Of a stretch of 30,858 nucleotides of DNA, positions 1 to 11,985 are shown one piece after another. Source of the stretch: Macrostomum lignano (lineage: Eukaryota); contig NIVC01004937.1 of assembly GCA_002269645.1 (NCBI GenBank), positions 1-30,858 on the forward strand, in the 5' to 3' direction. A program made the position numbers and the translations under genes. The first letter of the stretch is position 1; each line of letters opens with the position of its first letter. Below the pieces are notes generated by a model. The model worked only from the letters and a program-made list of their open reading frames with translations. It ran no database searches and was not told the origin of the DNA.

Positions 1-375
1 GATTTGCAGACGTGTCAGCGACGACATCTGAGGAGGCAGTCGGTTGCTGCTGCTGCTGCTGCTGCTGCTGATGCACAGGCCGAATGCCGATATCGAGCAA
101 TCGTCGCCATAGATGACATTCTCCTGATGGGACGGCATCTCCTTGAAGCGCAGCAGATAGTGCGTCACATTGCCGTTGGTTTCAATGGCGGCTTCCAGGT
201 CAGTTCGCATCTCCGAGGGGCTGCGAAATTCGACTTTGAAATCGTGCGGAGGAGACGGCTGCGTTGGCATCGTGTCCACGTAGATGATGCGGCTCTTGCT
301 GCCGTAGGCCTGCTGCTGCTCCACCACCAGCTGCGGCATCACGAACATGGCGTATCTGCTGGCCGGCTTCAGCAA
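1..375 (-). CDS. InR: Insulin/IGF receptor family gene, coding exon 7 (end of FnIII-1, start of FnIII-2); runs off the window and contains apparent indels
   Basis: Acceptor ccaccgcag| at 376, phase 0. Translation LLKPASRYAMFVMPQLVVEQQQAYGKSRIIYVDTMPTQPSPPHDF...NGNVTHYLLRF parallels human INSR LKPWTQYAIFV...AKSDIIYVQT...PS.P...NGNITHYLV. WKPPLKP appears only in a shifted frame at 176-205. Confidence 0.9.
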   Translation of the reverse strand, partial: MLKPASRYAMFVMPQLVVEQQQAYGSKSRIIYVDTMPTQPSPPHDFKVEFRSPSEMRTDLEAAIETNGNVTHYLLRFKEMPSHQENVIYGDDCSISAFGLCISSSSSSSSNRLPPQMSSLTRLQI

Positions 376-397
376 CTGCGGTGGCGCGGGTTGGGGT

Positions 398-1411
398 GGG
401 TTGCAACTCAATTAGGGGGGATGGGCTGCAACTCAATTGGGGGTGGGTTGCAAGTCAATTAGGGGGATGGGCTGCAACTCAATTAGGGGGTGGGTTGCAA
501 GTCAATTAGGGGGGATGGGTTGCAACTCAATTAGGGGTGGGTTGCAACTCAATAAGGGGATGGGTTGCAACTCAATTAGGGGATGGGTTGCAATCAATTA
601 GGGAGATGGGTTGCAACTCAAATTAGGGGGATGGGTTGCAACTCAATTAGGGGGGTGGGTTGCAACTCAATTAGGGGATGGGTTGCAACTCAATTAGGGG
701 GATGGGTTGCAAGTCAATTAGGGGATGGGTTGCAACTCAATTAGGGGGTGGGTTGCAACTCAATAAGGGGATGGGTTGCAACTCAATTAGGGAGATGGGT
801 TGCAACTCAATTAGGAGATGGGTTGCAACTCAATAAGGGGATGGGTTGCAACTCAATTAGGGGATGGGTTGCAACTCAATAAGGGGATGGGTTGCAACTC
901 AATTAGGGAGATGGGTTGCAACTCAATTAGGGAGATGGGTTGCAACTCAATTAGGGGATGGGTTACAACTCAATTAGGGAGATGGGTTGCAACTCAATTA
1001 GGGGGATGGGTTGCAACTCAATTAGGGATGGGTTGCAACTCAATTAGGGGGTGGGTTGCAACTCAATTAGGGGGATGGGTTGCAACTCAATTAGGGGGAT
1101 GGGTTGCAACTCAATTAGGGGGGTGGGTTGCAACTCAATTAGGGGGGATGAGTTGCAACTCAATTAGGGGGATGGGTTGCAACTCAATTAGGGGGGTGGG
1201 TTGCAACTCAATTAGGGGGGTGGGTTGCAACTCAATTAGGGGGTGGGTTGCAACTCAATTAGGGGGGATGGGTTGCAACTCAATTAGGGGGATGGGTTGC
1301 AACTCAATTAGGGGGGATGGGTTGCAATTTAATTAGGGGGATGGGTTGCAACTCAATTAGGGGGATGGGTTGCAAGTCAATTAGGGGATGAGTTGCAACT
1401 CAATTAGGGGG
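398..1411. repeat. ~24-bp minisatellite GGGTTGCAACTCAATTAGGGGGAT, ~42 copies, InR intron 6
   Basis: Direct tandem repeat with variable G-run length. Confidence 0.97.
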
Positions 1412-2635
1412 CTGGTTTGCAATAAAAATCATACACTATCAGCAATGATAGTAACACGTAATTCTAAGTGACTGTAATGAAAACTGTTTTGCTTAAAAAA
1501 GCTCCGCAGTATTATCTTATCGATGAGTATCATATACACGCAGTAGTTGTGCAGGAAGTTGGCGAGTTTCTCTTGGCAAGCAAACAGAGGAAGCATGCCC
1601 AAAAACACGGATCTTAAGTCCCAGGTAGTTCATTTTTCTGTTCTTCTTAATCCTAAATAGCAGCTGGAGCCGCTAGCTAGACAATAATTAATATCCGGTG
1701 AAGTAAACAAGAAAGCGAATTATAGAAAAACACGCACTACTTATGCTGCTATGCTCGTAGTACTCAATATAATAGATGATTACAAGCGGAAGCCATAACC
1801 GTGACTGATGTAGCAGAGGCTGGTGTGTATGAATAAAGTACAAAGAGTGGGCCGAAAACAAGTCGGCACACTGCTCTTCTCTCATCAGTTTGTATGCGCC
1901 TACTTATTATAAGGTTATCCGAATAATAATATTAACTGGTTAAAAATAGAAACTTCCTATCTCGACCTAAGCTACAGAGAGACAGAGAGAGATAGGGAGT
2001 CACGTGATAAACCAGTCTCAAAATACGACAGCAAAGATTAGGTAGGAGGCAAATAAACGTGACGCAGTTTCAAAGCTCGGGCAATTGAGGATTCAAACAA
2101 GCAGGGCTAACCGACTCCTCTGAGCTGGCAAGCACGCAAGTCAAGTCATCAGTGTTCAATACTCGAATTTCAATCATTGCCATTCTGCTGCGAAATTATT
2201 ATATGTTTCTGTTGGCAACGCTTCTTGCACGTTGGACGATGTGAATGGAATGAGAACCTTGTTTTGCAACTGATGATAGAAAAGCCTCCTGTGTCTTTTT
2301 GTTCACCCCCCGCAGTGGTGTCAAAAATCGAAATTGAAGCATCAATAGGCAGCATAAACGTGTACCGTAGTTTGGTAGGGGTAAAAATATCAGTGTAAGT
2401 TGCTTGCATTATAACTCCAACTACATACACACAACTGTCTTTGGCCAGCCAAGCTGTCAGAGCCTGATAAAATAGCTACCAACCACTTCCAGGACGATGT
2501 CAGGACTGGTGCGAATCTTTACATAGACACACCGAATTCAAAAGTTTTACCATAGACAGGTAATGTCTCGTATATCCATCTTACTCATCATGAGTAGTGT
2601 AAAGAGCTGAGATAAATATATCATGTGCTCGCCCA

Positions 2636-3633
2636 TCATGCTGTTTTCTATAGTCAGTCATGCTGTTTTCTGTGCTGTCATGCTGTTTTCTATACTGTCA
2701 TGCTGTTTTCTGTGCTGCCATGCTGTTTTCTATACTGTCATGCTGTTTTCTGTACTTTTATGTTGTTTTCTGTGCTGTCATGCTGTTTTCTATACTGTCA
2801 TGCTGTTTTCTGTGCTGTCATGCTGTTTTCTATACTGTCATGCTGTTTTCCGTGCTGTCATGCTGTTTTCTATACTGTCATGCTGTTTTCCGTGCTGTCA
2901 TGCTGTTTTCTATACTGTCATGCTGTTTTCTATACTGTCATGCTATTTTCTGTGCTGTCATGCTGTTTTCTATATTGTCATGCTGTTTTCTATACTGTCA
3001 TGCTATTTTCTGTGCTGTCATGCTGTTTTCTATACTGTCATGCTGTTTTTCGTGCTGTCATGCTGTTTTCTATACTGTCATGCTGTTTTCTGTGCTGTCA
3101 TGCTGTTTTCTATACTGTCATGCTGTTTTCTGTGCTGTCATGCTGTTTTCTATACTGTCATGCTGTTTTCCGTGCTGTCATGCTGTTTTCTATACTGTCA
3201 TGCTGTTTTCTATACTGTCATGCTATTTTCTGTGCTGTCATGCTGTTTTCTGTGCTGTCATGCTGTTTTCTATACTGTCATGCTGTTTTCTGTGCTGTCA
3301 TGCTGTTTTCTATACTGTCATGCTGTTTTCTGTGCTGTCATGCTGTTTTCTATACTGTCATGCTGTTTTCGTGCTGTCATGCTGTTTTCTATACTGTCAT
3401 GCTGTTTTCCGTGCTGTCATGCCGTTTTCTATACTGTCATGCTGTTTTTCGTGCTGTCATGCTGTTTTCTATACTGTCATGCTGTTTTCTGTGCTGTCAT
3501 GCTGTTTTCTATACTGTCATGCTGTTTTCTGTGCTGTCATGCTGTTTTCTATACTGTCATGCTGTTTTTCGTGCTGTCATGCTGTTTTCTATACTGCCAT
3601 TCTGTTTTCTGTGCTGTCATGCTGTTTTCTATA
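2636..3633. repeat. 20-bp minisatellite TCATGCTGTTTTCT(ATA/GTG)CTG, ~50 copies, largely alternating as a 40-bp dimer, InR intron 6
   Basis: Direct tandem repeat with two main variants. Confidence 0.97.
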
Positions 3634-3856
3634 TAAATAGAGATTTAGATAGAGCCACTAAAGAAAGCGAGGAAACTTTGATGCTTAAGTAATGGTGAAG
3701 TATCGTGACGCTTACTCGTAACTCGCTTACTAAAGTACTCGTAACTCGTAACAACTAATGATAGAGGAACAGTGACGCTATTGAGATGGAACTGTGACCC
3801 CTAACTAACGGTTTGCAGCAATGCAGAAGCAGCAACATCATCAGTGTGGCACTCAC

Positions 3857-4484
3857 AACAACCATAAATTGGCACTGTTTCGGTGGCAGCTTCTTCTTGC
3901 AGTCGCCAACGCACTGGGAACAATTATTGAGATGGCAGGACACGCGCAGTAGGTCATCGTCACCTTCAACTGTGCCATCGTGTTTTACTGGAATGCCGGA
4001 ATATTCCACTAGTTGATTAGGCGAGCTATTGTCCGGCACGAACAGATTAGTGCAAGCTGTAAACATTGTTTGCCATTGGCGAATCTCGCAGGTTGACGGG
4101 TCGGCGTATTGCACAGTCTCACCCTGGCGCACCTGTCGGTAATAGATTGAATATCCTAGCAGGGCTCGCTTGTCCTTCACCTGGAGCATCGGCCAATGCA
4201 GCATGACGCTTCGGGACGTTACTAAACCGACCAATATGTCGAATGTTCGATTGATGCAAGACGCCAAATCGCCGTTAGTTCTTGGCGATAGATCTTCCGC
4301 AAAGTTGATGAAATCGGTTACATTGAGAGTGTGTTTAACGAATTCAGTTATTTTATGATTGCATAGCCGCCTGTTCATGTAGAATCGCACTTTGCCTTTG
4401 GCTACTAACAGACGCCGGCCGTTGGTGGCGTTCCATAGCGATTGTAGAAAGTCGTTGTGCTCGATGGCTAGAGAGGCCGGCTGG
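3857..4484 (-). CDS. InR: InR coding exon 6 (end of L2 domain and FnIII-1)
   Basis: Acceptor gctag| (phase 2), donor |gtgagt at 3856 (phase 0). HNDFLQSLW...KGKVRFYMNRRLC, NGDLASC, LHW...DKRALLGYSIYY and CEIRQW match INSR DNQNLRQLW, QGKLFFHYNPKLC, NGDQASC, RW..DFRDLLGFMLFY and CGSNSW. The 3' boundary is less certain than the 5' boundary. Confidence 0.88.
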
Positions 4485-4605
4485 CTAGCTTGGTTGCTGA
4501 GGAATTATTAATTATAATTCGTGATGATAATGCCTTGCATTTTAGTCTGCGTTAATTATAAAACCCAATAGAAAACTCTAAACTAATTGATCATTTTGCA
4601 TAGCA

Positions 4606-5540
4606 TCACATGACTGGCACAATGGATGGTCACATGACTGGCACAATGGATGGTCACATGACTGGCACAATGGATGGTCACATGACTGGCACAATGGATG
4701 GTCACATGACTGGCACAATGGATGGTCACATGACTGGCACAATGGATGGTCACATGACTGGCACAATGGATGGTCACATGACTGGCACAATGGATGGTCA
4801 CATGACTGGCACAATGGATGGTCACATGACTGGCACAATGGATGGTCACATGACTGGCACAATGGATGGTCACATGACTGGCACAATGTATGGTCACATG
4901 ACAGACACAATAGACGGTCACATGACTGGCACAATGGATGGTCACATGACTGGCACAATGTATGGTCACATGACTGGCACAATGGATGGTCACATGACTG
5001 GCACAATGGATGGTCACATGACTGGCACAATGGATGGTCACATGACTGGCACAATGTATGGTCACATGACAGACACAATAGACGGTCACATGACTGGCAC
5101 AATGGATGGTCACATGACTGGCACAATGTATGGTCACATGACAGACACAATGGATGGTCACATGACTGGCACAATGGATGGTCACATGACTGGCACAATG
5201 GATGGTCACATGACTGGCACAATGGATGGTCACATGACTGGCACAATGGATGGTCACATGACTGGCACAATGGATGGTCACATGACTGGCACAATGTATG
5301 GTCACATGACAGACACAATAGACGGTCACATGACTGGCACAATGGATGGTCACATGACTGGCACAATGTATGGTCACATGACAGACACAATAGACGGTCA
5401 CATGACTGGCACAATGGATGGTCACATGACAGACACAATAGACGGTCACATGACTGGCACAATGGATGGTCACATGACAGACACAATAGACGGTCACATG
5501 ACTGGCACAATAGATGATCACATGACTGGCACAGGTCACA
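4606..5540. repeat. 24-bp minisatellite GGTCACATGACTGGCACAATGGAT, ~39 copies, filling most of InR intron 5
   Basis: Direct tandem repeat with recurring variant units (...ATGTAT..., ...ACAGACACAATAGAC...). Confidence 0.97.
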
Positions 5541-5589
5541 GTGGGTGATCTGTGATGGCTCTCTCGCACCAGGTAGAACGAGCACTCAC

Positions 5590-5743
5590 CGCTGCCCGGC
5601 AGAGCCGCTGTTTTTCCCGTGAATGACCCGCAAGTTGGACAGAAAGGACAGCGAAGTGAGGGCGGGCGAGTTGATAATCATGAGGCTCTCCTCGATTTCC
5701 GTCAGATCGCGAAAGCTCTCCAGTAGGCGTTTCTCCAGGTCAG
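5590..5743 (-). CDS. InR: InR coding exon 5 (L2 domain)
   Basis: cattccag| acceptor and |gtgagt donor, phases 1/2 consistent with neighbours. DLEKRLLESFRDLTEIEESLMIINSPALTSLSFLSNLRVIHG matches INSR [38 protein letters not shown]. Confidence 0.93.
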
Positions 5744-5924
5744 CTGGAATGACAATTGGAACCAGTCGAAATATGTTGAAGAAATTATCATGAAGCCCGT
5801 ATTAGTTCAGGCTGATTCACCTTAAAAATTAATTGGTTTACCTGTCACCAAAGGGTACTGCAAGTACTCGTAAGTTAGCTTGCTATAGCGCAATTATACG
5901 ATAGCGCTAGTAAATACTTTCGCC

Positions 5925-5970
5925 TGTCTGTACTTCTGTCTGTCTGTCTATGTCTGTCCGTCTGACTCAA

Positions 5971-6044
<74 letters not shown>

Positions 6045-6046
6045 CC

Positions 6047-6095
<49 letters not shown>

Positions 6096-6100
6096 GTCTC

Positions 6101-6143
<43 letters not shown>

Positions 6144-6146
6144 GCC

Positions 6147-6188
<42 letters not shown>

Positions 6189-6234
6189 ACTCAATGTCTG
6201 TCTGTCTGTCTGTCTGTCTATCCGTCTGACTCAA

Positions 6235-6275
<41 letters not shown>

Positions 6276-6387
6276 GCCTGTCTGTCTGTTTGTGTGTCTG
6301 TGTGTCTGTCTGTCTGACTCAGTGTCTGTCTGTCTGTCTGTCTGATTGTCCGTCTGACTCAGTGTCTGTCTGTCTGTCTTAGTGTAA

Positions 6388-6423
<36 letters not shown>

Positions 6424-6535
6424 TAGTGTCTGTGTGTCTGTCTGTCTATCTGTGTGTCTGTCTGTCTGTCTGTCTGTCTTAGTGTCTGTGTGTCTGTCTG
6501 TCTGTCTGTCTGTCTTAGTGTAAGTCTGTCTGTCA
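5925..6535. repeat. (TCTG)n microsatellite, imperfect, InR intron 4
   Basis: Tetranucleotide repeat with interruptions (TCCGTCTGACTCAATG, TTAGTG). Confidence 0.97.
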
Positions 6536-7103
6536 GTAAGGATTAACAATCATCATAATGAATGCACATGGAGCAGAGTGAGGCTGCACCTCTTCGGTAT
6601 GCTAGCGTGCACTTATTATATTTCTTCGCCGGAAATTAGGAGAATGGCTACACTACTGGCATAGTAGCCTTGCCATCAGGATATGACTGCTTGATATTAG
6701 GTCTCTTATTCATTAAACCTAAAGCCCACAATAGTGCACAAGCATGACGGAGAAAAACAGCTATGATATTTCAAGCGTAACTGAATTTTATCCATCTAAT
6801 GAAAAAACAAGAATCCAATTTCGCGTTCATCCACCCTGGGGTGCTTTTTTTCTCGTTTCGTTACATTCCTAAAATGCAGCTGTTTGCTGCTTTAATTTTG
6901 CTATTTTATTTCCGCGGATGATGAGGCGCTGCACTCTGCAAAATTTATTCGATGGACCATGCGAGGCAAAGCGTGTGCAGTCAATTTACTGTCGAATATT
7001 TATAGTATCTGCAAAAAATTATGCAGCAACTGGGGAAGAACACGCGTATCCAAGACAACAGACGTTTGGCGGATTGCTCGTGGGAACAGCTGCCTAGCCT
7101 GTG

Positions 7104-7197
7104 TAGACAGACAGACAGACCGACAGACAGGCAGACAGACAGACAGACAGACAGGCAGACAGACAGACAGACAGACAGACAGGCAGACAGACAGACA
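7104..7197. repeat. (CAGA)n microsatellite, reverse complement of the 5925-6535 tract
   Basis: Tetranucleotide repeat. Confidence 0.95.
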
Positions 7198-7198
7198 A

Positions 7199-7635
7199 AT
7201 AGCAAGGCTCATGGGGATTGCTAAGATGTCAAGGCTCATGGGGGATTACTAAGATGTCAAGGCTCATGGGGGTATCGCTAAGATGTCAAGGCTCATGGGG
7301 TATTGCTAAGATGTCAAGGCTCATGGGGTATTGCTAAGATGTCAAGGCTAATGGGGGAATTGCTAAGATGTCAAGGCTAATGGGGGAATTGCTAAGATGT
7401 CAAGGCTAATGGGGGAATTGCTAAGATGTCAAGGCTAATGGGGGAATTGCTAAGATGTCAAGGCTAATGGGGGAATTGCTAAGATGTCAAGGCTAATGGG
7501 GAATTGCTAAGATGTCAAGGCTAATGGGGGAATTGCTAAGATGTCAAGGCTAATGGGGAATTGCTAAGATGTCAAGGCTAATGGGGGAACTAAGATGTCA
7601 AGGCTCATGGGGGAATCGCTGAAATGCTGTGGCAT
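7199..7635. repeat. 29-bp minisatellite GGGGGAATTGCTAAGATGTCAAGGCTAAT, ~15 copies (dispersed 29-bp family)
   Basis: Direct tandem repeat, homologous to the arrays at 16149-17622 and 26478-30858. Confidence 0.95.
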
Positions 7636-8159
7636 TAACAAGCTTTAATAAATTAGCTCGTAAATGCGACGGCACAAGGTGAAAACCTACAGGTAGTTTA
7701 TTTAAAAACTTTTGAGCTGCTCCTAAGCTCAAACTAACTGTAAAAGCAATACTCGCTTGCTCCTTTGAGTAACGAATTTAATCATGCAGGCGGTCTGCCT
7801 CTGACGTGTATGGCGCAGACTGGGGGGGGGGGCAGACCAGCACTTTAAGTAATGTTTAAACTCTGCTAAATTTATTCTTGTAAATGATTAAATTGAATGC
7901 TCACAGGATCAAGCTGGCTGCAACAAAGGTATAGCATATTCTAATCCGAACATTTCATTAGCGAGATGGCAAATTAACTTCAGTGCTTTAATATTAAAGC
8001 ACTGTATTCCGTCTGCTATACACAGTGTGTTCTCTAAATAGATTATTTTGTAGATAGCATTGCGTCAAATGGGGCTCTACAACCATTAAAGAAAGTGCTG
8101 AGTGCACTTTAAGCGACATTGTCGCACAACCGGCGAGAGGCATTGCTGCCCATTCCGCC

Positions 8160-8438
8160 GACTCCCCTGAGCAGGCACACAAGCGCGCGGATACGTACGC
8201 AGTCATACGCACAGGCACATACTCACACAGGAGTGCGCAGCGGCCCTAACTTTATATTATCGTTAGGCATGTACACTTCACTGCGCCTTGGGGTTGGCCA
8301 TCAAGGGCGTCAATTGCACGAGCAGAGCCAAGCCGAGATTCCAATTCAGCCGCAGAATCAATGTGACTGAACTTGGAATCGAGCCTGGGCCGCTGGCACA
8401 TCAGAGCGTCGCACTGGACCACTGGGCTACCCCCCCCC
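8160..8438 (-). mobile_element. tRNA-derived SINE-like element, copy 1
   Basis: Reverse complement begins GGGGG GTAGCCCAGTGG (Pol III A box), then GGCTCGATTCC (B box) at tRNA-like spacing. Collinear over ~240 bp with 15447-15695. Confidence 0.8.
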
Positions 8439-8904
8439 AAGACATCGACATGGTTTAGACAATATTTCCACCGTCTGTTTCTGACACTGTGAAGTCTCTG
8501 ACGGTGTGAAGCGATGCGTTACCAAAACTACCATTACTACAGCATATAACTTATTGTTGAGCGAGTCCAGATGATGCCTAGTAAGAAAATAAACGCCAAC
8601 AGAAACATTTGGTTTCCTATATTGGAAAACACAAAGCGACATCTGCACACTAGAGCTGGGGAACACTGGCTAAAAAAACTCTGCTATTAATGACTATTTG
8701 TTAGTTTGTAAAAAGTTTAGCAACATGGGAACCAATTCAGCTATTGACCATAAGCTTAAAATTATTGAAGCAATGGGTTGGAGCGTGAGCTCAGAGTACT
8801 GTGAGCAGTACAGTCTGTTCTATCTCGGTACATTCTACTATCTAGCTAACTGACACGTCCTTAATCTCATTAAAGGCCAACAAAAATTCAAATAACATCC
8901 TTAC

Positions 8905-9458
8905 GTATATCATCGGACAGAGAGATGATCAGCTGCGGCATTATAGTGCAACCTTTCACCGCTTCTAGGTCTTCGATCGAGTGCACCAGAAGCGGGTCGC
9001 AATATCTGGCGCAATTTCTAGCATCGGCGCACTTTGAGCACACCTGACCGTCACTCACGGCGTAGCCAAGCGGACAGGCCTGCACGCAGGTGCCATTGAA
9101 TAGCTTCATCGTGGTGCGCTCGATTACTGACAGGGTGTTAGATGAGGACCGGATGCTGGACATGCTGAATCTGGTCACGCAGTCGCTGGTCCGAATGCAC
9201 ACCCAGTCCCTATAGGACACGTAGCCAGCTGGGCAGCGGTCAACGCAAGCCCCATTGAGTCTGTAGCCTTTGCAGGCGGCGCATCCTCTGTTGGTGACAT
9301 TGTAACAGCCGCCCAGGCAGGCAGATGGACAGCAGGTCTTGCTGTAGTCGCCGCCCGCTGACGAACTGACTAAACAGCCGGCCGCTCCGCAGGCTGCACT
9401 GCACAGCTTCTGGCAGAATGACAGACTCCAACAGTGCTCAGGGTTGGGGCACTTGGGC
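8905..9458 (-). CDS. InR: InR coding exon 4 (furin-like Cys-rich region into L2)
   Basis: tctcgcag| acceptor (phase 2), |gtaagg donor (phase 1). HCWSLSFCQKLC...CCPSACLGGC...CAACKGYRLNGACVDRCPAGYVSYRDWVC matches INSR RCWTHSHCQKVC...CCHSECLGNC...[29 protein letters not shown]. Confidence 0.95.
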
Positions 9459-10434
9459 CTGCGAGATTGATAGGTGCGGTGGTAAGGAACTGATTAATTA
9501 CCGTTGCTGAGCACTAATCAGGCTGCCAATCATTCATGGGGTTGGCGGCCAAGCAACTGACTCTTATGGTCTTATGAGCAAAATTGCCTCAGCGCCGTGC
9601 TAGGGTGCCCGACTGTCCTCCTGCAAATATTAATTTCATAAACGCAAAGTTTTGTCCGCAGGCGTAGCCACAGGCAAAACAGCAGCAATATCGATAGATT
9701 CAAAGGTTTCCCTAAGCTGGCATTCAACTTCCTGGCCTTGGGGCCTCCAGACAGAGGGGAAAGCCACCCGAACTTGGAACAGTTCTGCGCTGTGTACTTT
9801 TATACACAAAAAGACGTGAGTTCATTGCGTTTTTACTCGAAGCAAGCTGGGACTCTAATTGAAATCAGAATCCTAACTGATGCAGCTATGCAAATAGGAG
9901 GCCTTGCAAAAGAGACCGGAAGCCCTATATGTTAGCTAGGCAAGGGTAGGACACGCGCCGAGCAATCTAGCTCAAATGTCGATCGCGACGAGACTAACAG
10001 ATGGCTGAATAACATACTCACAGAAAATTCTTCTCCCTATATATTTCTATTGCTGTCTAATAATTGCTTATCTGGGGCAAGTTGAGACAACACGGGAAAA
10101 CCTGGGGAGGGGGGTTGGGGCAGTCTAACTGAGCTCTACGATTCGTCAATAAAAAGCTGACAGTCCATCTGATCTCTAGAGAAATCCTACCTTCACCTTA
10201 TCTACCATCTAGCCATATTGATTGCATTCTTGGCGGCGGAATAAGAACCGGATTAGAAGTTCAAGTAAATTCTTTGCTGAGATATCGTATCATAAAACAG
10301 ACTTTTATTAGACTGCAAAACTATAAATCCTTCTAAAGCTCAAGTTGTAAAATTAAACCATCTTGAAGCTTCGAGCTGCAAAACTAAATCCTCCTTAAGA
10401 TTTAGACTGTAAGATTTAAGTCTGTAAGATTTAA

Positions 10435-11985
10435 GTCCTCCTAAAGCTTCACACTGCGAAACTAAATCCTCCTAAAGCTCCACACTGCGAAACTAAATCC
10501 TCCTAAAGCTTCAGACTGCGAAACTAAATCCTCCTAAAGCTCCACACTGCGAAACTAAATCCTCCTAAAGCTTCAGACTGCGAAACTAAATCCTCCTAAA
10601 GCTCCACACTGCGAAACTAAATCCTCCTAAAGCTTCACACTGCGAAACTAAATCCTCCTAAAGCTTCACACTGCGAAACTAAATCCTCCTAAAGCTTCAC
10701 ACTGCGAAACTAAATCCTCCTAAAGCTCCACACTGCGAAACTAAATCCTCCTAAAGCTTCACACTGCGAAACTAAATCCTCCTAAAGCATCACACTGCGA
10801 AACTAAATCCCCCTAAAGCTTCACACTGCGAAACTAAATCCCCTAAAGCTTCACACTGCGAAACTAAATCCCCCTAAAGCATCACACTGCGAAACTATAA
10901 ATCCTCCTAAAGCTTCACACTGCGAAACTAAATCCTCCTAAAGCTTCACACTGCGAAACTAAATCCTCCTAAAGCTTCACACTGCGAAACTAAATCCTCC
11001 TAAAGCTTCACACTGCGAAACTAAATCCTCCTAAAGCTCCACACTGCGAAACTAAATCCTCCTAAAGCTTCACACTGCGAAACTAAATCCTCCTAAAGCT
11101 TCACACCGCAAAACTAAATCCTCCTAAAGCATCACACTGCGAAACTATAAATCCTCCTAAAGCTTCACACTGCGAAACTAAATCCTCCTAAAGCATCACA
11201 CTGCGAAACTAAATCCCCTAAAGCTTCACACTGCGAAACTAAATCCCCTAAAGCTTCACACTGCGAAACTAAATCCCCCTAAAGCTTCACACTGCGAAAC
11301 TAAATCCTCCTAAAGCTCCACACTGCGAAACTAAATCCTCCTAAAGCTTCACACTGCGAAACTAAATCCTCCTAAAGCTCCACACTGCGAAACTAAATCC
11401 TCCTAAAGCTTCACACTGCGAAACTAAATCCTCCTAAAGCTTCACACCGCAAAACTAAATCCTCCTAAAGCATCACACTGCGAAACTATAAATCCTCCTA
11501 AAGCTTCACACTGCGAAACTAAATCCTCCTAAAGCATCACACTGCGAAACTAAATCCCCCTAAAGCTTCACACTGCGAAACTAAATCCCCCTAAAGCTTC
11601 ACACTGCGAAACTAAATCCCCCTAAAGCTTCACACTGCGAAACTATAAATCCTCCTAAAGCTTCACACTGCGAAACTATAAATCCTCCTAAAGCTTCACA
11701 CTGCGAAACTAAATCCTCCTAAAGCATCACACTGCGAAACTAAATCCCCCTAAAGCTTCACACTGCGAAACTAAATCCCCCTAAAGCTTCACACTGCGAA
11801 ACTAAATCCCCCTTAAGCTTCACACTGCGAAACTAAATCCCCCTAAAGCTTCACACTGCGAAACTAAATCCTCCTAAAGCATCACACTGCGAAACTAAAT
11901 CCCCCTAAAGCTTCACACTGCGAAACTAAATCCCCCTAAAGCTTCACACTGCGAAACTAAAAATCCTCCTAAAGCTTCAGAGTCA
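10435..11985. repeat. 31-bp minisatellite CTAAATCCTCCTAAAGCTTCACACTGCGAAA, ~50 copies, InR intron 3
   Basis: Direct tandem repeat; degenerate units extend to about 10300 and 12010. Confidence 0.97.

Noticed and set aside
398-1411. TTAGGG in each 24-bp unit as an interstitial telomere
   Set aside because: One hexamer per unit and never tandem (TTAGGG)n.
1540-2430. Possible extra InR exons or a nested gene in intron 6 (ORFs 1688-1885, 2170-2430, 2177-2398)
   Set aside because: Exon 6 joins exon 7 directly in phase and restores the FnIII-1 motif; the ORFs have no recognisable homology or consistent splice phases.
3712-3755. Short TACTCGTAACTCG duplication, with an echo near 5865
   Set aside because: Too short to define an element; no TIR or TSD found.
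7792-7838. GGTCTGCC...GGCAGACC hairpin around a G-run
   Set aside because: An 8-bp stem is within chance expectation; no element boundaries found.
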